A DNA stretch of 64,000 nt, taken from positions 4,992 to 68,991 of the forward strand of contig JBGSIT010000045.1 of NCBI GenBank assembly GCA_041742335.1. Direction: 5' to 3'. The position numbers and the translations under genes are program-made. Under the pieces are notes generated by a model that saw only the letters and a program-made list of their open reading frames with translations, was not told the DNA's origin and searched no databases. Of the stretch, positions 11,234 through 20,719 are shown piece after piece (within the stretch, counting starts at the first letter, position 1; each line of letters begins with the position of its first letter). The stretch is from Rhizobiaceae bacterium. GTDB lineage: Bacteria; Pseudomonadota; Alphaproteobacteria; Rhizobiales; Rhizobiaceae.

Positions 11234-12465
11234 CAAGCCATTTCCTTGAAGAGCACACTTTGGTCTATATGGTAGCGCGAGAACAGCGGCAGGCTCGCAG
11301 CCCCGATTGCGCGTGCTGCCGGGCCGATAAGGCCTTCCACAATGTCGGGAAAGGCTATGCCCTGCAGATCGAAGTCGAGAATATGGGTTTGGGTGGCCTG
11401 CACCAGCCGGCTCCTGACGGCGGATGAAAATCCGCCATCGATGATCACTGCTTCGAAATCGATCACCGCGCAGACCGTTACAATGGCGTGTGCAAGGCTG
11501 GCGGCGGTAATGTCGATCCATTCATCCAGCAATCCGCCAAATTCGTCCCAGTCGTCAGGCTTCAGCCAAATGGAGGAAGGGTCCTTGCCGGCGTCGGTCA
11601 GCATTTTCTCGAGCAGGAAGATCGATGCCCAATCGATCAACTGGCCGGGTTTGCCGTCCCTGTTCGGCATCGGCATGGAACCGAATGCACCGGCATTGCC
11701 GGTCCGTCCTGCATAAAGCGCGTGATTGAGCACAACCCCGCCGCCAATGAAGGCGCCAATGAAAAAATAGGCAAAATCGGAATAATGCGGGCCTTGCCCA
11801 AAGGCGAGCTCAGCCGCGCAGGCCGCCGTGGCGTCATTTTGCAGGAAGACAGGAAAGGGCACGATGTCCGCCAGCATTTGCGTGAGTTCGATATTGCGCC
11901 ACGCATTCATGTCGTCTTGCGGCGCTCCGACTTCCTCCACCCAATTCCACAATTCAAAGGGTAGCGCCACGCCGAGACCGGCAATATTGCTGCGGTCCTT
12001 CGGTTTCATGGTCAAAAGGATCTCGCCCGTCGCCGCGCTGACAAATCTGGCGATGCCCACGGGCGTCGGGTATTTATAGGCCAGGCTGCGGCGTTCGCGT
12101 ACCGCGCCGACAAAATCCAGAAGCAGGAGGTCGGCGCTGCGCCGGCCAATCTTCAGCCCGAGTGAAAAGACCCCGTCCGGATTGAGCGACATGGGTATGG
12201 AGGGCTGGCCCACCTTGCCGCGCTGCGGCTTTCCGCGGCTGAGCAATCCATCCTGCTCCAGCGACCGCATGATCACCGAAACCGTCTGGGCCGACAGCCC
12301 GGTCCTGCGGGCAATATCCGCCTTTGACGCGCCGCCATGGCGACGGACAAGCGACAGCACGAGCCGCTCATTATAGGCTCTTACGCGGACCTGGTTTGCG
12401 CCGCCGCTGGGGTCGATAATCTGGTAGGCGCTCTCGGGCGCGCCGGATCCCAGAAAGTCTGCCAT
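11233..12465 (-). CDS. frcR: ROK family transcriptional regulator (FrcR-like)
   Basis: An N-terminal winged HTH (ADIARRTGLSAQTVSVIMRSLEQDGLL) is followed by a ROK sugar-kinase-like body. It is divergent from the frc-like ABC operon. The symbol rests on remembered S. meliloti synteny. Confidence 0.75.
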   Translation of the reverse strand: MADFLGSGAPESAYQIIDPSGGANQVRVRAYNERLVLSLVRRHGGASKADIARRTGLSAQTVSVIMRSLEQDGLLSRGKPQRGKVGQPSIPMSLNPDGVFSLGLKIGRRSADLLLLDFVGAVRERRSLAYKYPTPVGIARFVSAATGEILLTMKPKDRSNIAGLGVALPFELWNWVEEVGAPQDDMNAWRNIELTQMLADIVPFPVFLQNDATAACAAELAFGQGPHYSDFAYFFIGAFIGGGVVLNHALYAGRTGNAGAFGSMPMPNRDGKPGQLIDWASIFLLEKMLTDAGKDPSSIWLKPDDWDEFGGLLDEWIDITAASLAHAIVTVCAVIDFEAVIIDGGFSSAVRSRLVQATQTHILDFDLQGIAFPDIVEGLIGPAARAIGAASLPLFSRYHIDQSVLFKEMA

Positions 12466-12525
12466 CCCCTGTCCTCCTTTGGGGTTGACCGAAAATGGTA
12501 TGGCCGCAGTGTGGCACAAAAAATT

Positions 12526-12546
12526 AATAATTCAATTGGATTTATT
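12526..12546. promoter_or_regulatory. candidate ROK (NagC/Mlc-type) operator in the frcR/frcB divergent region
   Basis: AATAATTCAATTGGATTTATT is a 21-bp AT-rich near-palindrome (8 of 10 pairs match) centred on CAATTG. A TTGACA hexamer follows at 12550-12555. Confidence 0.35.
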
Positions 12547-12693
12547 TATTGACAGGAGATTTCTTTAATGCTTTTCTTAGGGCAGGTCGCACGCTGGCAT
12601 GGAGGATGGCATGTGGTGCTTTCTGCAAAGTGCGAACCACAGTAGCCGGCGACGGATCGTCCGTTGTCGGAAGAGATTCCCTGGGAGGAACCA

Positions 12694-13716
12694 ATGAAAA
12701 AGTCTTTGATCGCCACCACTTTCGCCACACTGGCGTTGGGGGTTGTTTTCGCAACTCCAACTTTCGCCGGCACCGCTGCCTGCCTCATCACCAAGACTGA
12801 CACCAATCCTTTCTTCGTAAAGATGAAAGAAGGCGCGACTGCCAAGGCCGCCGAACTCGGCGTTGACCTGAAAGCCTATGCCGGCAAGGTCGATGGCGAC
12901 CATGAAAGCCAGGTAAATGCCATTGAATCCTGCATCGCCGATGGCGCTAAAGGGATTTTGATTGCCGCTTCCGACACCAAGGCCATTGTTTCTTCCGTCA
13001 AGAAGGCGCGCGACGCCGGCATACTGGTGATCGCACTGGATACGCCGCTTGATCCGATCGATGCAGCTGATGCGACTTTTGCGACCGACAACCTGCTTGC
13101 CGGCAAGCTGATCGGCCAGTGGGCCGCTGCTACCATGGGCGAAGGCGCCAAGACGGCCAAGGTGGGCTTCCTTGATCTGAACCCTTCGCAGCCGTCCGTC
13201 GACGTATTGCGCGACCAGGGCTTCATGATGGGCTTCGGCATCGACACCAAGGACCCCAACAAGATCGGTGACGAAGATGATCCGCGCATCGTCGGCCATG
13301 ATGTCACCGACGGCAATGAGGAAGGCGGCCGCAAGGCCATGGAGAACCTTCTGCAGCGCGATCCCGACATTAATGTCATTCACACGATCAACGAGCCGGC
13401 AGCCGTCGGCGCCTACCAGGCTCTCAAGGCAATCGGCAAGGAAAGCGACGTCCTGATCGTATCGGTTGACGGCGGCTGCCCCGGCGTCAAGTCGGTGACT
13501 GAAGGCGTAATCGGCGCGACTTCCCAGCAATATCCGCTGCTGATGGCATCGCTCGGCATCGAGGCAATCGCCAAATATGCAGCCGAGGGCACCAAGCCTG
13601 CTCCGACCGAAGGCAAGGACTTCTTCGACACCGGCGTGGCTCTGGTTACCGACAAGCCTGTCGAAGGTGTCCCGTCTATCGACACCAAGGAAGGCATGGA
13701 CAAGTGCTGGGGTTGA
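12694..13716 (+). CDS. frcB: sugar ABC transporter periplasmic binding protein (fructose FrcB-like, RbsB fold)
   Basis: Signal peptide [26 protein letters not shown]; a GGGAGGA RBS lies 5 nt upstream. The periplasmic-binding-protein type I pattern is present ([25 protein letters not shown]). Confidence 0.8.
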   Translation: MKKSLIATTFATLALGVVFATPTFAGTAACLITKTDTNPFFVKMKEGATAKAAELGVDLKAYAGKVDGDHESQVNAIESCIADGAKGILIAASDTKAIVSSVKKARDAGILVIALDTPLDPIDAADATFATDNLLAGKLIGQWAAATMGEGAKTAKVGFLDLNPSQPSVDVLRDQGFMMGFGIDTKDPNKIGDEDDPRIVGHDVTDGNEEGGRKAMENLLQRDPDINVIHTINEPAAVGAYQALKAIGKESDVLIVSVDGGCPGVKSVTEGVIGATSQQYPLLMASLGIEAIAKYAAEGTKPAPTEGKDFFDTGVALVTDKPVEGVPSIDTKEGMDKCWG

Positions 13717-13750
13717 TACCCGGCTGAATTCAGTTCACAAATTGTGAAAG

Positions 13751-13777
13751 AGGGCGGTTTGTGCCGCCCTTTTTTTA
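13751..13777 (+). terminator. intercistronic Rho-independent terminator/attenuator after the binding-protein gene
   Basis: Stem AGGGCGG (13751-13757) pairs with CCGCCCT (13764-13770) and is followed by a T-run (13770-13777). Confidence 0.6.
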
Positions 13778-13884
13778 AAGCGCGTCGGAGCGAACCCTAG
13801 TTGCTTCTTTGGCCGGGCTGGAACCGATACGTTTTTGAGCGCCTTGACACGACAGGCGGTTCCACTCGGGAGGGAGACTTAGCT

Positions 13885-14943
13885 ATGGCGAGCAGCCAGG
13901 AATTCGAGAAGGTTCTGGACAAGAGCGATACAGGTGTCGCGAAATTCGAACACAATTCACCTCTGAGGAGGGTGCAGCATTTCCTGCATTCGACCCCGGC
14001 AGCGGTGCCAGCGATTGTGCTGGTTGCGGCGATTATCATCTTCGGCACAACAATCGGCGGACGCTTCTTTTCGTCCTATACCCTGACACTCATACTGCAA
14101 CAGATCGCAGTTGTCGGTATTCTCGGGGCCGCGCAGACATTGGTCATCCTGACGGCCGGCATCGACCTGTCCATCGGCGTCATCATGGTGGTGTCGGCCG
14201 TGGTCATGGGCAACTGCGCCATCAACTACGGAATTCCGTCCGGGATCTCGGTGATCATCGGCCTTGCGGTCGGTACTCTGTTTGGCTTGCTCAACGGCTT
14301 TCTGGTTTCGCGCATGAAGCTGCCGCCCTTCATCGTCACACTCGGGACTTGGAACATCGTGGCGGCGATCAACTATATCTATTCGGCCAATGAAACGATC
14401 CGCGAAGCCGATATAGCGGCAAACGCGCCGTTTCTCGCCTTATTTGGCATCAGCCTAAAGATCGGTTCAGCCGTGCTGACGCTCGGCGTTATCATGATGG
14501 TGTTGCTGGTGCTGGGGCTCTGGTACATGCTCAACCATACCGCCTGGGGGCGTCACCTCTACGCGGTGGGCGACGATCCCGATGCGGCCGAACTTGCCGG
14601 TATCCGGGTCAATCGCGTGCTCCTCGGGGTCTATGGGCTGGCCGGGTTGATCGCCGGACTTGCAGCCTGGGTCTCGATTGGCCGCAATGGCTCGATTTCA
14701 CCCTCCTCGGCGGTTACTGATTATAACCTGCAGGCAATTACCGCAGCCGTGATCGGCGGCATATCCCTGTTTGGCGGACGGGGCTCGATTCTGGGAACCT
14801 TGTTCGGGGCGCTGATCGTCGGCGTCGTTTCAATGGGTCTGAACATGCTGGGCGCTGACCCGCAATGGAAAGTTTTGCTCACCGGCGTTCTTATCATCAC
14901 CGCTGTGGCGATCGATCAATGGATCAGAAAGGTAGCAGGCTAA
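13885..14943 (+). CDS. frcC: sugar ABC transporter permease (FrcC-like)
   Basis: Polytopic membrane protein of the RbsC/AraH type. ATG 13885 is preceded by GGGAGGGA. The ORF-track start at 13801 is a TTG in the spacer. Confidence 0.8.
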   Translation: MASSQEFEKVLDKSDTGVAKFEHNSPLRRVQHFLHSTPAAVPAIVLVAAIIIFGTTIGGRFFSSYTLTLILQQIAVVGILGAAQTLVILTAGIDLSIGVIMVVSAVVMGNCAINYGIPSGISVIIGLAVGTLFGLLNGFLVSRMKLPPFIVTLGTWNIVAAINYIYSANETIREADIAANAPFLALFGISLKIGSAVLTLGVIMMVLLVLGLWYMLNHTAWGRHLYAVGDDPDAAELAGIRVNRVLLGVYGLAGLIAGLAAWVSIGRNGSISPSSAVTDYNLQAITAAVIGGISLFGGRGSILGTLFGALIVGVVSMGLNMLGADPQWKVLLTGVLIITAVAIDQWIRKVAG

Positions 14944-15725
14944 TGGCTAGGGAACCTCTTCTAACTGCACGTGGCCTTGTCAAGCGCTATGGGCGGGTGA
15001 CCGCCCTCGACGAGGCCGACTTTGATCTCTATCCCGGCGAAATCCTTGCCGTGATCGGCGACAACGGGGCAGGCAAGTCTTCCCTGATCAAGGCAATTTC
15101 AGGGGCGGCTGCACCCGATGAAGGCGAGATCAGGCTGGAAGGCAAGCCGATCAATTTCCGCTCGCCGATGGAAGCGCGCGAGGCCGGTATCGAAACCGTC
15201 TACCAGAATCTTGCGTTGTCGCCGGCCTTGTCCATTGCCGACAACATGTTCCTGGGGCGGGAAATCCGCAAGGAAGGACCTTTGGGGACCTATCTGCGAC
15301 TGCTGGATCACAAGAAGATGGAAAAAATTGCCCGCGACAAGCTCACCGAACTGGGCCTGATGACCATCCAGAACATCAACCAGGCGGTGGAAACGCTTTC
15401 CGGCGGCCAGCGCCAGGGTGTTGCGGTCGCACGCGCGGCGGCATTCGGTTCCAAACTGATCATCATGGACGAGCCGACAGCGGCCCTCGGCGTCAAGGAA
15501 AGCCGCCGGGTTCTCGAACTCATCCTCGATGTCCGTTCACGCGGCATGCCGATCGTGCTGATTTCGCACAACATGCCGCATGTCTTCGAAGTCGCCGACC
15601 GGATTCACATCCATCGCCTGGGCAAGCGACTCTGTGTAATCAATCCCAAGGACTACACGATGTCGGATGCCGTAGCCTTCATGACCGGGGCGAAAGAGCC
15701 GCCGGCCGACATGATCGCCGCCTGA
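14943..15725 (+). CDS. frcA: sugar ABC transporter ATP-binding protein (FrcA-like)
   Basis: Walker A (GDNGAGKSS), signature (LSGGQRQ) and Walker B (LIIMDEPT) are present. The ATG overlaps the permease stop by 1 nt (TAATG). Confidence 0.85.
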   Translation: MAREPLLTARGLVKRYGRVTALDEADFDLYPGEILAVIGDNGAGKSSLIKAISGAAAPDEGEIRLEGKPINFRSPMEAREAGIETVYQNLALSPALSIADNMFLGREIRKEGPLGTYLRLLDHKKMEKIARDKLTELGLMTIQNINQAVETLSGGQRQGVAVARAAAFGSKLIIMDEPTAALGVKESRRVLELILDVRSRGMPIVLISHNMPHVFEVADRIHIHRLGKRLCVINPKDYTMSDAVAFMTGAKEPPADMIAA

Positions 15726-16092
15726 AACTTTGCGGCAGGCCAAAACGAATGAAGCCCGGGGGCATTGCCACCGGGTTTTTCCATTTGCCCGCGGCGGACG
15801 GCTTTTCGAATTGCGCGCCATAGCCATGCGACGGAAGCAAAGACTGCAGGTCCACATGGCGGGATTTCAAATATAGCGCGCTTGTTTTAATTTAAATTTA
15901 GAAATATATAAATTAAAAACTGAAAGCATAAATATGCCCGTCAGGTGTCTTCGGAAAAACCGGCAAAAATTGGATTTGCGGTCCCGGCGAACCCGGCAAG
16001 GCTCAACAATTTGACGCGAAATTCATTGGGAACGGGACCAGATCTTGCCAAAATCCTTGAAAAAAGTGGATGCCGCCAATGCGGGTCTGCAA

Positions 16093-17124
16093 ATGTTCAC
16101 ATCCCGGCAATTCGTGCCGTGGCTGGCCTCAATCGGCGCCGCGCTGGTCGTCACGACCTATCAATCGGGAAAGATCATTTTCATCGGTACAAATCCCGCC
16201 ACCGGCAAGATGACGGTTTTCGAGCGCACGCTTGAACGACCGATGGGCCTGGCCGTCTCGGGCAACACATTCTCGGTCGCCTCGCTTTACCAGATTTACA
16301 CTTTCGCCGATGTTCTGGACGGGGGGCAGGTGGTCACTGGCTCGGACGCGCTCTATGTACCGCGCTATTCATGCTTCACTGGTGATCTGGATGTGCATGA
16401 CCTGGCGCGCAGCGGCGACGGTGAACTCATCTTCGCCAATACGTTGTTTTCGTGCCTGGCGGCGACATCATCCACCCATTCCTTCCGTCCGATCTGGAAG
16501 CCGCCCTTCATCACGCGACTGGCCGAGGAAGACCGGTGCCATCTCAATGGCCTGGCGATGCGCGACGGCAAGCCGGCCTATGTCACGGCCATCGGATCGG
16601 GCGATGTCGCGGATTCCTGGCGCGATCATCGCGTTTCAGGCGGCGTGGTGGTTGATGTCGCGACCGATGAAATCATCTGTCGCGGCCTGTCGATGCCCCA
16701 TTCGCCGCGCTGGCATGATGATCGCCTGTATGTTCTCAATTCGGGGCGCGGCGAGATTGGCTCTATTGACCTGCGGACCGGGAATTTCGAGCCGATCGCT
16801 TTCCTGCCTGGCTATCTGCGGGGCCTGTCCTTCATCGGTAATTACGCCATTGTCGGTCTTTCGGCGCCGCGCGAGAACCGCACCTTCGACGGGCTTGAAC
16901 TGCAGGCGCGGCTTGACAAGGCCGCGATGACGCCGCGCAGCGGCCTGTCAGTCATCAATATCAAGACTGGCGATGTCGTCCACTGGTTGACGATGGAAGG
17001 CATATTCACCGAGCTTTATGACGTCGCAGTCCTGCCGGGCGTTCGCAATCCGTCGATGATCGGCTTCAAGACCGATGAAATCCGGCGGGTGATTTCGATG
17101 GACGGAAACCTGCAGGGTTCCTGA
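16093..17124 (+). CDS. TIGR03032 family protein (conserved, function unknown)
   Basis: Invariant-looking blocks that I associate with TIGR03032 are present: DRCHLNGLAMRDGKPAYVT, GLSMPHSPRWHDDRLYVLNSGRGE. TTG 16045 is an alternative start. An AT-rich island lies upstream. Confidence 0.65.
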   Translation: MFTSRQFVPWLASIGAALVVTTYQSGKIIFIGTNPATGKMTVFERTLERPMGLAVSGNTFSVASLYQIYTFADVLDGGQVVTGSDALYVPRYSCFTGDLDVHDLARSGDGELIFANTLFSCLAATSSTHSFRPIWKPPFITRLAEEDRCHLNGLAMRDGKPAYVTAIGSGDVADSWRDHRVSGGVVVDVATDEIICRGLSMPHSPRWHDDRLYVLNSGRGEIGSIDLRTGNFEPIAFLPGYLRGLSFIGNYAIVGLSAPRENRTFDGLELQARLDKAAMTPRSGLSVINIKTGDVVHWLTMEGIFTELYDVAVLPGVRNPSMIGFKTDEIRRVISMDGNLQGS

Positions 17125-17231
17125 CCTGCCCGGCCAAAGCACAAAAATCGGTTGGCGGCGGCCGCGAAAGGTTGTGACCGCAGGGTTTGGAGTGGTAAGT
17201 CCCTATGACGCTCGCGCCAAGGAAGACCGCC

Positions 17232-18272
17232 ATGAAAGAACTGACCATCCGCCGCCCTGACGACTGGCACCTGCACTTGCGCGACGGCGCCATGCTGACA
17301 GGCGTCCTGCCGGAGACCAGCCGGCATTTCGCCCGGGCGATCATCATGCCGAACCTGATGCCGCCGGTCGTTACAACAACCGATGCCAAGGCCTATCGCG
17401 ACCGCATCAACGAGGCGCTGCCGTCCGGCGACAATTTCACGCCGCTGATGACGCTCTACCTGACTGAATCCACCGATCCCGACGATGTCGAGGAAGGCCA
17501 CCGGACCGGCCTGATTACGGCGGTGAAGCTCTACCCCGCAGGGGCTACCACCAATTCCCAATCCGGCGTCAAGAATATCGAGGCCGCCATGCCGGTTCTT
17601 GAACGGATGGCGAAAATCGGCCTGCCGCTTTGCGTCCATGGCGAGGTGACGTCACCTGATGTCGATATTTTCGACCGTGAAGCGGCCTTCATTGAAACGG
17701 TGCTTGATCCGCTGAGAAAGCGCCTTCCCGAATTGCGCATCACCATGGAGCATGTCACCACCGAAGAAGGCGTCAATTATATCATCGCCTCCGAAGCCAA
17801 TCTCGCCGGCTCCATCACCACCCACCACCTCATCATCAATCGCAATGCCATTCTGGCAGGCGGCATTCGACCGCATTATTATTGCTTGCCGGTCGCCAAG
17901 CGCGAAAAGCACCGGCTCGCCCTGCGCAAGGCTGCGACATCCGGCGATGCCCGCTTCTTTCTGGGCACCGATTCCGCCCCGCATGTCGATCCGCTCAAGG
18001 AATGCGCCTGCGGCTGCGCCGGTTGTTTTACCGCCACCAACACCATGTCCTGCCTGGCCCATGTTTTCGAACAGGACAATGCGCTTTCGAGGCTGGAAGC
18101 CTTCACCTCGCTGAACGGCCCCGCCTGGTACGGCCTGCCTGTCAACACTGAAAAGATCAAGCTGGAGCGGCGCGCGGACCCTGTCAGCTATCCCGCAAAG
18201 ATCGAGACAGGCGATGGAACCGTGACGGTATTTGATCCGATGTTTGCGCTGCATTGGGTTGTGGCGGGCTGA
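17232..18272 (+). CDS. pyrC: dihydroorotase, homodimeric type
   Basis: Strong resemblance to E. coli PyrC along the whole length ([50 protein letters not shown]). ATG 17205 is an alternative start. Confidence 0.92.
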   Translation: MKELTIRRPDDWHLHLRDGAMLTGVLPETSRHFARAIIMPNLMPPVVTTTDAKAYRDRINEALPSGDNFTPLMTLYLTESTDPDDVEEGHRTGLITAVKLYPAGATTNSQSGVKNIEAAMPVLERMAKIGLPLCVHGEVTSPDVDIFDREAAFIETVLDPLRKRLPELRITMEHVTTEEGVNYIIASEANLAGSITTHHLIINRNAILAGGIRPHYYCLPVAKREKHRLALRKAATSGDARFFLGTDSAPHVDPLKECACGCAGCFTATNTMSCLAHVFEQDNALSRLEAFTSLNGPAWYGLPVNTEKIKLERRADPVSYPAKIETGDGTVTVFDPMFALHWVVAG

Positions 18273-18288
18273 TCATTTGCCTGCAAAT

Positions 18289-18338
18289 GCGACGTCGGCG
18301 CTTGTGCAGGGGCAAACAAGAGCCGACGCCGCAGTTTT
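18289..18338 (+). terminator. Rho-independent terminator after pyrC
   Basis: 17-bp arms GCGACGTCGGCGCTTGT and ACAAGAGCCGACGCCGC (2 mismatches) flank a 10-nt loop. AGTTTTCG follows. Confidence 0.65.
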
Positions 18339-18999
18339 CGCCGGGGGCAGGAGGCGAAAACAAGGACTTGAAGTCTTTTTGTTCTTCGTTTGATACGCGA
18401 AAATGCACTAGCGCTTTGAAATGCACTTTCCCGGAAATACTGCATTCGATGAAACCGACATCCGGCAGCGTTGCCCTTTGCCTGCCTTCACGCCCGACCA
18501 GGGGTGCGAGGAACAAATCCGCATTGCTGACGGTGGTAATATGATGGGTCTTTCTGGCGAGTTTATGCTTTCTACTCATTACAATTTCTCCCGAGGACCA
18601 AATTTCGCCCTGCATCTGATTGCAGGGCATCGTTTGCACATCCTGTTTGGTTGCAGTACGAAATTGACTGGAGTTTTTTTCGTAAAAAAATTAGAAATAC
18701 AAAATTAAACAAAATAATTTGCGTAAATAATAATATAATTACGGCTAAATGACAGTTATATAAGAAAAATCCGATAATAAAAATTTGCGGGAAAATTGCG
18801 ACATGCCTGGGCGATTGCAATAATTGCGGTAGGGCAGCTGCCCGAATGCACTCGTTTGTGGTGGGATGTCAGCCTTGGCGGCTGAATCTGCGATTGCGAG
18901 ACTGGAAAGACGGTGTCACGCCTGTTATTGCCTCCTTTGACATTACAGTGCCGCGCATTCGTTTGAATGCGCCTTGCATGAGCTGCCAGGAGAGAGAAA

Positions 19000-19698
19000 A
19001 TGTTTTCCAATTCATTTCCGGAGAAAACCGTAATGGCCGGTTTGATGGCCAGGATGCTTTGGGAGATCAAGGCGGTCCATTTCAGCGCCGCACAGCCCTA
19101 CAAGCTGTCTTCAGGCATGATGAGCCCGGTCTATATTGACTGCCGCAAGCTGATTTCCTATCCGCGGATCCGTTCCGCCGTGATGGATTTTGCCGCTGCC
19201 ACCATGCTTTCCGAGGCAGGCTTTGAGCAGTTCGATTGCATCGCCGGCGGCGAGACGGCAGGTATTCCCTTTGCCGCCATGCTGGCCGAGCGTCTTGGCC
19301 TGCCGATGATCTATGTGCGCAAGGCGCCCAAGGGGCACGGACGCAATGCCCAGATCGAAGGCCAAATGGCTGAAGGCGCGCGCGTTCTGGTCATCGAAGA
19401 CCTCACGACTGCCGGCGGTTCAATGTTCAAGTTCATTGATGCCATCCGCGCCGCCGGCGGCATAGTCGACCACGGCATGGCGCTGTTTTATTATGATATC
19501 TTCAAGCAAGCGCGCGACAACATGAAAAGTCGCGGTGTCGATTTGCACTTTATCGCCACCTGGCAGAATGTACTGGCCGTAGCGCGACAAGACCAGCTTT
19601 TCGACCAGGAGACACTGCAATCAGTTGCCGCCTTCCTGGACAATCCGCTGGAATGGTCCGCCCGTCATGGCGGCGTGTCGGAATTGCCCGTCGGTTGA
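19000..19698 (+). CDS. pyrE: orotate phosphoribosyltransferase
   Basis: PRPP-binding motif ([13 protein letters not shown]) and a rhizobial-type N-terminus ([10 protein letters not shown]) are present. RBS GGAGAGAG lies upstream. Confidence 0.92.
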   Translation: MFSNSFPEKTVMAGLMARMLWEIKAVHFSAAQPYKLSSGMMSPVYIDCRKLISYPRIRSAVMDFAAATMLSEAGFEQFDCIAGGETAGIPFAAMLAERLGLPMIYVRKAPKGHGRNAQIEGQMAEGARVLVIEDLTTAGGSMFKFIDAIRAAGGIVDHGMALFYYDIFKQARDNMKSRGVDLHFIATWQNVLAVARQDQLFDQETLQSVAAFLDNPLEWSARHGGVSELPVG

Positions 19699-19701
19699 TT
19701 G

Positions 19702-19734
19702 GGCCAGAAAATGCGCCGAAACACTGGCCTTTTT
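19702..19734 (+). terminator. possible terminator after pyrE
   Basis: GGCCAG (19702-19707) pairs with CTGGCC (19724-19729), followed by TTTTT. The loop is long, so the structure is weak. Confidence 0.35.
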
Positions 19735-19784
19735 GCTTGCGGTGCTTTAAATCGATTGAAATAGAATTGTGAGGAGGCAAGACG

Positions 19785-20711
19785 ATGATCCTGTGCTGTG
19801 GAGAAGCGCTGATTGACATGCTGCCGCGTGTTACGACCCTGGGCGAAAATGCTTATGCACCCTATGCGGGCGGGGCGGTTTTCAACACGGCCATAGCGCT
19901 GGGACGGCTGGGTGTTCCCACCGCTTTTTTCACCGGCCTCTCCGATGACATGCTGGGCGATGTGCTGCGTGAATCGCTGAAAGCGGCCAATGTCGATTAC
20001 TCGCCTTGCGCCATCTCCTCCCGCCCAACGACGGTGGCATTCGTGAAACTGGTCGATGGTTCGGCGACCTATGCCTTTTACGACGAAAATACCGCCGGCC
20101 GGATGCTGGCCGTCAGCGACCTGCCGGCGCTCGGCGACGATTGCGAAGCTTTGCATTTCGGCGCCATCAGTCTGATTCCTGATCCGTGCGGCGCGACTTA
20201 CGAAGCGCTTCTTGATCGCGAGCATGGCAAGCGTGTGGTATCGCTCGATCCGAATATCCGTCCCGGTTTCATCAAGGACAAGCAAAAGCATATGGGTCGC
20301 ATCAACCGGATGGCTGCGCAAAGCGACATCATCAAGTTTTCCGACGAAGACCTCGAATGGTTCGGCATGAGCGGCGACCATGATACGCTTGCGGCTGAAT
20401 GGCTGAAGCGCGGCCCGAAACTGGTGATCATCACCAAAGGGGCTGACGGTGCTGTCGGCTATACCAGGGATGCCAAGGTCGCCGTCCCCAGCCAGAGGGT
20501 CACGGTCGTTGATACGATCGGGGCCGGCGATACGTTCGACGCCGGCGTTCTTGCGGCGCTGAAGCGCGCCGACCTGCTGACCAAGCAGCAGGTAGCAACG
20601 CTCAGCGAAGCAGCCATCCACGACGCCTTGTCACTGGCGGCAAAGACCGCAGCCGTCACCGTTTCCAGGGCCGGCGCCAACCCGCCCTGGGCCTCCGAAG
20701 TCGGACTATGA
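19785..20711 (+). CDS. frk: fructokinase (PfkB family carbohydrate kinase)
   Basis: N-terminus MILCCGEALIDMLP and the PfkB C-terminal motif (DTIGAGDTF) are present. It lies between pyrE and pgi, as in S. meliloti. Confidence 0.85.
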   Translation: MILCCGEALIDMLPRVTTLGENAYAPYAGGAVFNTAIALGRLGVPTAFFTGLSDDMLGDVLRESLKAANVDYSPCAISSRPTTVAFVKLVDGSATYAFYDENTAGRMLAVSDLPALGDDCEALHFGAISLIPDPCGATYEALLDREHGKRVVSLDPNIRPGFIKDKQKHMGRINRMAAQSDIIKFSDEDLEWFGMSGDHDTLAAEWLKRGPKLVIITKGADGAVGYTRDAKVAVPSQRVTVVDTIGAGDTFDAGVLAALKRADLLTKQQVATLSEAAIHDALSLAAKTAAVTVSRAGANPPWASEVGL

Positions 20712-20719
20712 AACGATCA

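Noticed and set aside
18184-18639. 151-aa minus-strand ORF in the pyrC-pyrE spacer. An internal ATG at 18579 has a GGGAGA RBS and gives MSRKHKLARKTHH..
   Set aside because: The frame runs antisense through the pyrC terminator hairpin and 89 nt into pyrC. I recognise no family or motif, and the composition is erratic. A shorter peptide or an sRNA cannot be excluded without transcript data, so I report the spacer as a finding instead.
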